From positions 1 to 57,506 of the IMG/VR virus record IMGVR_UViG_3300032322_001172: DNA of 57,506 nt; one strand, written 5' to 3'. This DNA comes from a virus. Taxonomy: Duplodnaviria; Caudoviricetes. The position numbers and the translations under genes were made by a program. Positions within the stretch are counted from its first letter, which is position 1. Every line of letters begins with the position of its first letter. The notes under the pieces are model-generated. The model had not been told where the DNA came from and did no database searches. It worked only from the letters and a program-made list of their open reading frames with translations. Positions 41,525 to 48,981 of the stretch are shown one piece after another.

Positions 41525-42535
41525 ATGAGTCTATTCAAAAAAGTTGCATGTTTTACAGACATACATTTTGGTTTAAAGTCTGGTAGTAGAACCCACAACA
41601 TGGATTGTGAGGAATTTGTCAAGTGGTTTTGTGAAACTGCTAAAAAAGAAGGTTGCGAAACTGCAATCTTCCTAGGAGATTGGCACCATAATCGTAGTAC
41701 TACAGATGTTAGTACTATGAATTATACCCTTTCGAATCTAGAACGCCTTAGCGACAACTTTGAAAAAGTTTATTTCATATTAGGCAACCACGATTTATTC
41801 TACAAAGACAAGCGAGAAATCAACTCTGTTGAGTTTATGCGCCTCTTTCCTAATGTTGTGCCTATTAAAGAACCCTTTACATCGGGCGATGTAACTATTC
41901 TACCCTGGCTAGTTGCCGACGAATGGAAGAATATTCCTAATATTAAGAGTCGTTATATATTCGGTCACTTAGAATTGCCTAGCTTTTATATGAATGCTAT
42001 GGTACAGATGCCCGACCACGGGCAGTTACAGAGATCGCATTTTGTAAATCAAGAATATGTATTCACTGGTCACTTTCATAAGCGTCAGCAGGCTAATAAT
42101 ATTGTCTACATAGGCAATGCATTTCCGCACAATTACGCAGATGCAGGTGACGACGATCGCGGTATGATGATTTTAGAATGGGGCAGTAAACCAGAATATC
42201 GTACTTGGCCGGGGCAACCTGTTTATAGAACTTATAAACTAAGTCAGATTATTGATAGCCCGGATAAACTGCTTCGTGAAAAAATGCATTGTCGTGTGAC
42301 CATAGACTTGCCTATTACATTCGAAGAAGCAAATTTTATCAAAGAACAGTTTATTCCGCAGTTTAATCTACGAGAACTGATGCTAATACCTGAAAAGGTC
42401 GAAGTAGAAACCAATCAAACTCCTATTGATATACAGTTTGAAAGTGTTGATACTATTGTAATGAATCAGATCAATGCTATAGAAAGCGATACTTACGATA
42501 AAGGTCTTCTATTAGACATTTACAAAGAATTATGA
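41525..42535 (+). CDS. Recombination nuclease subunit, gp47/Mre11/SbcD-like
   Basis: Metallophosphoesterase motifs DIH, GD, GNHD, GH, GHFH. Confidence 0.92.
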   Translation: MSLFKKVACFTDIHFGLKSGSRTHNMDCEEFVKWFCETAKKEGCETAIFLGDWHHNRSTTDVSTMNYTLSNLERLSDNFEKVYFILGNHDLFYKDKREINSVEFMRLFPNVVPIKEPFTSGDVTILPWLVADEWKNIPNIKSRYIFGHLELPSFYMNAMVQMPDHGQLQRSHFVNQEYVFTGHFHKRQQANNIVYIGNAFPHNYADAGDDDRGMMILEWGSKPEYRTWPGQPVYRTYKLSQIIDSPDKLLREKMHCRVTIDLPITFEEANFIKEQFIPQFNLRELMLIPEKVEVETNQTPIDIQFESVDTIVMNQINAIESDTYDKGLLLDIYKEL

Positions 42536-44310
42536 TCAAAATAAAAAACTTAACTGTAAGAAATTTTATGAGCGTGGGTAATCAAACCCAGGCTATCGAC
42601 TTTGATCGTGGACAGTTGACCTTGGTCTTAGGTGAAAATCTAGATCTAGGAGGTGATGACTCTGGCGCCCGTAACGGAACAGGCAAAACTACAATCATCA
42701 ACGGACTAAGCTATGCTATCTACGGTCAAGCCCTAACCAACATCAAGCGTGATAATCTTATCAACAAGATTAACAGCAAAGGTATGTTGGTCACTGTGAC
42801 CTTTGAAAAAGACGGTATTGAATATCATATCGAACGAGGACGCAAACCTAATCTTTTAAAGTTTAGTATTAACGGCGAAGAACAAGAGCTTAAAGATTTA
42901 GACGAAAGTCAAGGCGACAGCAGAGAGACACAAAAAGCCATTGACGAGATGATTGGTATGAGTCACGAAATGTTTAAACATCTTGTTGCTCTCAATACCT
43001 ATACAGAACCGTTCCTTTCAATGAAAGCTGCTGATCAACGCAGTATCATCGAGCAACTGTTAGGTATTACTCAACTATCGGAAAAGGCAGAGGCTCTCAA
43101 AGAGCAGATTAAATTTACCAAAGATGCTATTGCTACAGAAAATACCCGAATTGAAACTGTAAAGGCATCTAATGATCGCATACAACAAAGCATCCAAGCT
43201 CTTGAGCGCAAACAGAAACTATGGGAAGAGCAGAAAGAAACTGCTCTAGATAATCTTAGAAAGAGCATAGATAAGCTCAGTAACATTGACATTGATCAAG
43301 AGATCGTTAATCAACGAGCTCTTACTGAGTGGGCTGAAACTAAGAAAGAGCGAGATAGTGTTACTGCATTAATTGCCAAACAAACTTCTGCTTTGGAAAA
43401 GGAACAAAAAGTTCTGGTCAAGCTAGAAAAAGAACTGGTTAGCCTAGCAGATCACAAGTGTCATGCCTGTGGTCAGGAAATCCACGATAATAAACACGAA
43501 GAAATGGTAACTTCTAAGGCTAGACAAGTAGAAGATAGTCAAAATCTAATCACCGAACATCTAGAGGAACTGGCTACTCTTAATGAATCACTGAGTCTAT
43601 TAGGGGATCTAGGAGACTGCCCCAAGGTACACTATGATAATCTGGAACAAGCTCTTAATCATAAAAATACATTAGACGGCTTAGAAAAAGATCTGGTCAC
43701 TAAAGAAACCGAACTAAACCCCTATGGAGAGCAAATAGAGGAACTTCGAAATACTGCTGTACAAGAAATCGACTGGGAAGCTGTTAACGAACTAACTCGT
43801 GTCAAAGATCATCAAGAATTCTTGTACAAGTTATTAACTAACAAGGATAGTTTTGTTCGTAAGCGTATCATTGATCAAAACCTGGCCTTCTTGAATCAAA
43901 GATTAACATATTATCTAGACAGAATTGGTCTTCCACATATAGTAGAATTCCAGAACGACCTGACAGTAATTATTACTCAACTAGGACAAGATCTAGATTT
44001 TGACAATCTAAGCCGAGGAGAACGCAATAGGCTGATTCTATCAATGTCGTGGGCGTTCCGTGATGTATGGGAAAATCTATATCACAGCATTAATCTGCTG
44101 TTCATCGACGAACTAGTTGACAGTGGTATGGATGCCAGTGGCGTTGAGAGCTCTATTGCTGTGCTAAAACGCATGACTAGAGAGCGTGATAAGAATGTAT
44201 TCTTGATTTCGCACAGAGACGATCTCACTAGCAGAGTAAATCATGTGTTGAAAGTTATTAAAGAAAATGGTTTTACTAGTTATTCTACAGATATTGAAAT
44301 AGTTGCTTAA
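42532..44310 (+). CDS. Recombination ATPase, gp46/Rad50/SbcC-like
   Basis: Walker A NGTGKTT, coiled coil with CHAC zinc hook, LSRGE signature, LLFIDE Walker B, ISH; ATGA overlap with gp47. Confidence 0.93.
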   Translation: MIKIKNLTVRNFMSVGNQTQAIDFDRGQLTLVLGENLDLGGDDSGARNGTGKTTIINGLSYAIYGQALTNIKRDNLINKINSKGMLVTVTFEKDGIEYHIERGRKPNLLKFSINGEEQELKDLDESQGDSRETQKAIDEMIGMSHEMFKHLVALNTYTEPFLSMKAADQRSIIEQLLGITQLSEKAEALKEQIKFTKDAIATENTRIETVKASNDRIQQSIQALERKQKLWEEQKETALDNLRKSIDKLSNIDIDQEIVNQRALTEWAETKKERDSVTALIAKQTSALEKEQKVLVKLEKELVSLADHKCHACGQEIHDNKHEEMVTSKARQVEDSQNLITEHLEELATLNESLSLLGDLGDCPKVHYDNLEQALNHKNTLDGLEKDLVTKETELNPYGEQIEELRNTAVQEIDWEAVNELTRVKDHQEFLYKLLTNKDSFVRKRIIDQNLAFLNQRLTYYLDRIGLPHIVEFQNDLTVIITQLGQDLDFDNLSRGERNRLILSMSWAFRDVWENLYHSINLLFIDELVDSGMDASGVESSIAVLKRMTRERDKNVFLISHRDDLTSRVNHVLKVIKENGFTSYSTDIEIVA

Positions 44311-44846
44311 TGTTATACGATTGGTATTTTATTAAAAATCTATATACTCCTGATCAATGTCAGGAAATTGTAGATCTATGTAGAAAAAATGTCAGCGCCG
44401 ATATCAAAGATATACATCCTGAAAGAAAAAATCTAGATGTACTGTCTGTAGAAACAAATTCTCTAAGACCAACTATAGATAAATTTTTTGATTATACTAA
44501 AAAACTCAATAGAAGAATGTTTGGATTGGACCTATGGGACGATTTACCCTTAGCAATGAATGTAAACATTTATAATAAAAATCAAGAATATCCGTATCAT
44601 AGAGATAAAAATACTGCTGGCGAATCGTCAGATGTTAAATTAACTGCGATTCTAAACATTTCTCAAGAAAGTTATACAGGCGGACAGTTTAGTTTATTTT
44701 TAGGCGAAGAAAAAACTATTCCGGAAATCGACGAAGTAGGAACGATGTTAATATTTCCTTCTTATTTGTATCACAGAGTCAGTCCAGTTACACAAGGACA
44801 ACGAATTACTATAAGTGCTTGGTTAGAAGGACCTAATTGGAAATGA
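44310..44846 (+). CDS. 2OG-Fe(II) oxygenase (prolyl 4-hydroxylase/PKHD-like)
   Basis: HRD (HxD), 'KLTAILN...YTGG.F', 'IFPSYLYHRVSPVTQGQRITISAW'. Confidence 0.88.
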   Translation: MLYDWYFIKNLYTPDQCQEIVDLCRKNVSADIKDIHPERKNLDVLSVETNSLRPTIDKFFDYTKKLNRRMFGLDLWDDLPLAMNVNIYNKNQEYPYHRDKNTAGESSDVKLTAILNISQESYTGGQFSLFLGEEKTIPEIDEVGTMLIFPSYLYHRVSPVTQGQRITISAWLEGPNWK

Positions 44847-45073
44847 GCACAGATAGTCATGACCGAATGATCAAGGCATTTCAAGAATACTTTAAGTGGC
44901 AAGAACGCTTTGAGTATCGAGGTTCGGACGAGGCAGGTATTAAGGCACGATTTTGGCTATCAGAAATACGCAACGAGGCAAGCATTAGGCGCAAAGAAAT
45001 ACAGGACAAAAGAGAAATTCGTAAAGAATCCAGAAAAGGCATGATAGGAAGACCGCCCAAGCTAACTAAGTGA
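44843..45073 (+). CDS. Small basic helical protein, possibly Hc1-like DNA-binding
   Basis: Start probably MSTDS at 44843 (ATGA overlap). 'RFE.RG...AG.KAR..L.EI......RRKEI' resembles the Hc1-like 'GNKAAGTRARK.L' pattern. Confidence 0.5.
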   Translation: MSTDSHDRMIKAFQEYFKWQERFEYRGSDEAGIKARFWLSEIRNEASIRRKEIQDKREIRKESRKGMIGRPPKLTK

Positions 45074-45508
45074 GTGCTGTGGACTTATCAAAATCAAATC
45101 GTAGAAGAAATACCCGAAGGCTACATTGGCTTTGTTTATCTTATCACCAATCTACAGACCGGACAGAAGTACATAGGCAAGAAACTAGCACAATTCAAGC
45201 GTACTAAACCACCACTCAAAGGCAAAAAACTTAAAAGAAGAAGCACAGTAGAAAGCGATTGGCGCGATTACTGGGGTTCTTCTGATAGGCTCAACGCAGA
45301 TGTCCAAGCACTAGGTCCGGAAAAATTCACTAGAGAAATACTTTATCTTTGTAAATCCAAGGCAGAAATGTCGTATTTAGAGGCAAGAGAACAGTTTGAA
45401 CGCCGAGTTTTAGAAACAGATGACTATTATAATGGCATTATAAATGTCAGAGTAGGCGGATCAAACATACTTAGACAGCGTCTAGAAGAACATAAAAAGG
45501 CAAAATAA
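45074..45508 (+). CDS. Single-domain GIY-YIG endonuclease (size and motifs like T4 endonuclease II)
   Basis: GTG start; 'GFVYLITN...KYIGKK', 'YWGSS', 'YLEAREQ', 'YYN'; no C-terminal DNA-binding extension. Confidence 0.85.
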   Translation: MLWTYQNQIVEEIPEGYIGFVYLITNLQTGQKYIGKKLAQFKRTKPPLKGKKLKRRSTVESDWRDYWGSSDRLNADVQALGPEKFTREILYLCKSKAEMSYLEAREQFERRVLETDDYYNGIINVRVGGSNILRQRLEEHKKAK

Positions 45509-45523
45509 GGCGGTTTTTTGGCT

Positions 45524-45872
45524 GGCGCAGGCCTTAATTTCTTGCGCTCTATACCTGGTCAATCGTGGTCACAGGGACGGAAATCCACGCCGCAGTGGTA
45601 CTCAGCAACTACCCGTATATGGATGAAGATCGCTTAAAACCTGCGATTTTGCTGTTTGAAAAGGATAAGCAAAGGTAAAATGAGGGGAGAAAAACCCCAC
45701 GGCTACAAGTTGGATAGCGTCAATTTGTAGACCAGCCGTCGTAAAAGACTGAGCTCGAGGTACCGGACGACCGCCTCTGTAATGCTCTAACGCTGTGTGA
45801 CATTGTTCGACTCGGATAATGCTACTTGGCCCTTGTCTGGGCTAAGTGTGACGGAACGATCTGGATAATGCT
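45524..45872 (+). ncRNA. Candidate large structured RNA (unassigned family)
   Basis: No long ORF; near-continuous stems, many with G-U pairs on the plus strand, e.g. 45525-31/45541-47, 45626-33/45643-50, 45703-13/45720-30, 45757-61/45773-77, 45824-32/45839-47. Confidence 0.6.
45795..45872 (+). repeat. Two copies of GTGTGAC-N(12/10)-GGATAATGCT
   Basis: Copy 1 at 45795-45823, copy 2 at 45846-45872. Confidence 0.8.
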
Positions 45873-45957
45873 TAAATTGCGCTTCGCGCAAAAATTTTTT
45901 GCACATCTCGCAAAAAATTAAAAAAGAAAAAAATGCGTTGAGCGTAAGCGAAAACGC

Positions 45958-45979
45958 AAACGAGCGTTAGCTCGTTTTT
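45958..45979 (+). terminator. Possible intrinsic terminator
   Basis: Perfect hairpin AAACGAGC-GTTA-GCTCGTTT continuing into a T run. Confidence 0.5.
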
Positions 45980-45988
45980 AAATAAATA
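45979..45988 (+). promoter_or_regulatory. Putative late promoter(s), overlapping TAAATA x2
   Basis: TAAATAAATA upstream of ATG 46016. Confidence 0.5.
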
Positions 45989-46015
45989 AAAGATAATTCT
46001 GATAAATGAGTTTAA

Positions 46016-47491
46016 ATGAAACTATCCACCTTATCTGATCCCATATTGTTATTAGAGCAACACATGACTCTAAGTGGTTCGATCCTTAGAGAAAGCTGTA
46101 GTGGGCTGACTATTGAGCAGAGAACTGTTGTAGAAGGAATTTATACCGAACTACGACCTTTAATTGAAGCCAGTCTCACAGCACAACAGATACAATCGTT
46201 GTTTGGCGAAATCGAAAAGACAGCCACAGCAGGTGGTGGTAATAGAACACTGATAGGCAAGGGCGTGGATGTTGCCCGTGCCGCAGACGAAACTGTCAAC
46301 AAAATTGGTCGTTGGCTACAGGATACAACACCAGTTAAGAACTTTGATCAAAAGTTCGAAAATCTCAAAAACACCATTAACAAGAAGTTTCCAGATTCTA
46401 AGATACTAGATGCCATTTCTGAAATGGGCATGTGGGCAGAACGCAATCCTGGCAAGACTGCTGCCATAGTAGGTGTACTTACTGCCATTGCTGGCCTAGC
46501 TGGCGGTCCCATTGGAGGTGCCATTGCTGGTCAGATACTTAGAGGTTCTGTAGAACTGCTCAAAGGTGAAAAACTATCCACTGCCATAGGCAAAGGTATT
46601 AAGACTGCGGCCTATGGCTTCATTGCAGGAAAAACTTTTGAGCTGATCGGTGATGCACTCAGCAGCGGCGCACAGTTGGTCAAAGATACCATGTTCCCGG
46701 GTGCTGTAAGATTGAATATGACACAGATATTTAATGAAGTGGGCGGAGAGATGGGCAGCAGATATGCTGCATTTGAAGTCAAAGGTTTGATTATCAAACC
46801 CGAAGATGCTGCTGATGTCAAGACCTTGTTCAACGATGCTGCTTCTGCATGGAAAGCCGGCGACTATGATCAAAGCGCCAAGGTATGGTCAGCACTCAAC
46901 GACTACATTGAAGGCACACTTAAGAGTCCAGAGTATGTGGCACAGATTGCCGCTGATGCCGACAAGCGACAGATAATCACTCAGGCGGCCAGTGCTGCTC
47001 AACAGGTATTCAAGTTCCTTGGTGCTGCTGCACAAGGTGCTGTGGCTGCTGGCGGAGTTAAAGGATCTTTGGACAAAGGCAAAAAAGAAAGTTATTATCT
47101 ACAGACTAGGCCACTCAGCGAAGGACAGGTTTACCTGCTGTTCAAACGCATCGACGAAGGTGCCATGGATTGGATCAAAACCAAAGCAGGTAACCTTGCC
47201 AATAAGATCACTGTAGACAAACTCAACACTGCATGGAACAACGCAGGCAATCCCACAGATGCTGACGATCTTTACAATGTACTCACTGGTGCTGGCAATG
47301 TACCAGATGATATAGTTGCACAGGCTTACAAGAGTATGAAGATTCCCTATACAGGTGCTCCTGGCGAGCCTCCTGCAGATGGCGGTGCACCGGCGGATAT
47401 CAAAACAGTAATACAAATGGTAGAAAAATTGCCTAAATCTAGAAAGCAGAGACTGCTAAAATACATGGAAAAACAACTAGGGGTAGCCTAA
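46016..47491 (+). CDS. Hypothetical protein, candidate internal head/ejected protein
   Basis: 491 aa; several (L/I/V)xE sites near the N-terminus; hydrophobic glycine zipper 'AAIVGVLTAIAGLAGGPIGGAIAGQIL'. Confidence 0.55.
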   Translation: MKLSTLSDPILLLEQHMTLSGSILRESCSGLTIEQRTVVEGIYTELRPLIEASLTAQQIQSLFGEIEKTATAGGGNRTLIGKGVDVARAADETVNKIGRWLQDTTPVKNFDQKFENLKNTINKKFPDSKILDAISEMGMWAERNPGKTAAIVGVLTAIAGLAGGPIGGAIAGQILRGSVELLKGEKLSTAIGKGIKTAAYGFIAGKTFELIGDALSSGAQLVKDTMFPGAVRLNMTQIFNEVGGEMGSRYAAFEVKGLIIKPEDAADVKTLFNDAASAWKAGDYDQSAKVWSALNDYIEGTLKSPEYVAQIAADADKRQIITQAASAAQQVFKFLGAAAQGAVAAGGVKGSLDKGKKESYYLQTRPLSEGQVYLLFKRIDEGAMDWIKTKAGNLANKITVDKLNTAWNNAGNPTDADDLYNVLTGAGNVPDDIVAQAYKSMKIPYTGAPGEPPADGGAPADIKTVIQMVEKLPKSRKQRLLKYMEKQLGVA

Positions 47492-47493
47492 AA

Positions 47494-48378
47494 ATGAGAA
47501 TACAAGAATTTATCACTGAATCACAGCACACTGAAATCCAACAGCTACAAGAAGGTCCGATCATGAACAAGATTGGTTCTGCTGTGGGCAAAGGTGTTGG
47601 CACATTGGCCAAAGGCGTAGGTGCCGTGGCAGGCGGTGTAGCAGGTCTAGGCAAAGCTATCAAGAAAGGTTATCAAGCTGGTAAAGCACAGGTAGCCACA
47701 GGCGGTGACGACGAAGCTCCAGCACCCGCAGCCAAAGGCACTGGTGCAGGCACACAGGCAGCTCCGCAGGCTGGCGCAGCAGGTGCAGCACCAGGTACTC
47801 CTGATTATCAAGCACCAGCAGCAGCGCCTTCTGCACAGGATATCAATAAACAAGGTCCTGCAGGCACAGCACCTGCTAAAGCACAGACAGGTCAAGCTGG
47901 TATAGCCATGCAGAAAACTGCACAGGCTATGGCTGGTCAAGACAGCGACAAGGCAGGTCAAACACTGTATGCTCAGGTTAAAGCCAATATTGACAAGCTA
48001 GACAAAAAAGGCAAACAGCGTATTCTACAACTGCTACAGAAAAGTGTTGCACAGGCTCCTGCACAACCAGCAGCGGCACCGGCAGCAGCACCGGCAGCAC
48101 CTGCGGCTAAAACAGAACCTGCCACAGGTCCTGGATCTAAAACAGTTCCAGCAGCACCAGGCACAGCACCAAGAACTGAACCAGACTTAAATGCACCAGC
48201 TGCTCCGGAACAGAAACCTGCGGCTGCTGGTAAGAAATCAGCAACACCTAAAAAGAAAGTAGCACCAAGTCAAGCTGAAATTGACAAAGACAGAGAAAGA
48301 TTGATGGGACCAACATCAGATTCTGTGATCCGTACTGGCCCTGTGATTGCCGAAGGATTTACTCTGTTTAGGAGATAA
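47494..48378 (+). CDS. Ala/Pro-rich candidate internal head protein
   Basis: Starts MRIQEFITE; amphipathic Gly/Lys segment; low-complexity Ala/Pro linkers. Confidence 0.65.
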   Translation: MRIQEFITESQHTEIQQLQEGPIMNKIGSAVGKGVGTLAKGVGAVAGGVAGLGKAIKKGYQAGKAQVATGGDDEAPAPAAKGTGAGTQAAPQAGAAGAAPGTPDYQAPAAAPSAQDINKQGPAGTAPAKAQTGQAGIAMQKTAQAMAGQDSDKAGQTLYAQVKANIDKLDKKGKQRILQLLQKSVAQAPAQPAAAPAAAPAAPAAKTEPATGPGSKTVPAAPGTAPRTEPDLNAPAAPEQKPAAAGKKSATPKKKVAPSQAEIDKDRERLMGPTSDSVIRTGPVIAEGFTLFRR

Positions 48379-48379
48379 G

Positions 48380-48757
48380 ATGAGAATTAATGAACTGATC
48401 AACGAAGCAGGTCTTATTGGAAAATTAGGCAGTGCTGTAGGCAAAGCTGCTGGTGCCGCACAAGGTGCGGTTAGCAAGATTGGCAGTACTGTAGGTAAAG
48501 CCGGGCAAGCTGTAGGCAAGACTGCTGGAGTAGCTGTCGGTTTAGGTCAAGAATTCAAAAAAGGTGCTGAGAAATGGCAGGGCACCGGAGCTAGTTTAGC
48601 TCCTAATCAGCAAGGCGGTAATAAAGCTGCTGCACAGAAACTTCCCGGTGATGTTGACGAAAACGAACTAAGAGATTTATTAAATGCTGTGTTGACAGGC
48701 AAACAATTAAATCCAGAACAGCAAAAAGTCGCACAGCGAATGAGAAACGAAGTTTAA
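48380..48757 (+). CDS. Small candidate internal head protein (125 aa)
   Basis: Start at ATG 48380 (MRINELINE) with AGGAG at 48370-48374, rather than the track start at 48347. Confidence 0.65.
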   Translation: MRINELINEAGLIGKLGSAVGKAAGAAQGAVSKIGSTVGKAGQAVGKTAGVAVGLGQEFKKGAEKWQGTGASLAPNQQGGNKAAAQKLPGDVDENELRDLLNAVLTGKQLNPEQQKVAQRMRNEV

Positions 48758-48981
48758 AAGAAAGGCAAGCCTGTTTTCTTAGTAGTTTCAAGATTTTCTT
48801 TGATTATCTCGCCAACAAGTTCTCGTTCTTCGTAACTAAGATTCATGCCTTCGGCAAAAGAAAGACCTCTCATATACCAACACATTTTAAGAACATCTTT
48901 CTTAATCTCCCTAGCCTCTTTGTCCATCTTTTGAGAAAGCTGTAAGATCTCCGGCACTGGGAGATTTAAGATCTTACTGCG
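48754..48981 (-). CDS. gp51-like / tail chaperone C-terminal segment, probably reached by a -1 frameshift
   Basis: The frame is open upstream of the track GTG (48957) back through the AAATTTTTTC site; no evident RBS; 'WYMRGLSFAEGMNLSYEERELV'. Confidence 0.65.
   Translation of the reverse strand, partial: RSKILNLPVPEILQLSQKMDKEAREIKKDVLKMCWYMRGLSFAEGMNLSYEERELVGEIIKENLETTKKTGLPFF

Noticed and set aside
45575-45600. RNase P-like 'GGAAATCC' motif
   Set aside because: It does not match GGAAAGUC, and I found no 3' P4 partner of the ACAGAA...GCUUA type.
45795-45872. Mini-CRISPR or TIGR-like array
   Set aside because: Only two units with 10-12 nt mutually complementary spacers, and no cas or Nop-domain gene in the window.
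48754-48780. Terminator at the convergent junction with overlapping stop codons (TTAA)
   Set aside because: Only a weak AGG-CAAG-CCT stem inside coding sequence; too little support.
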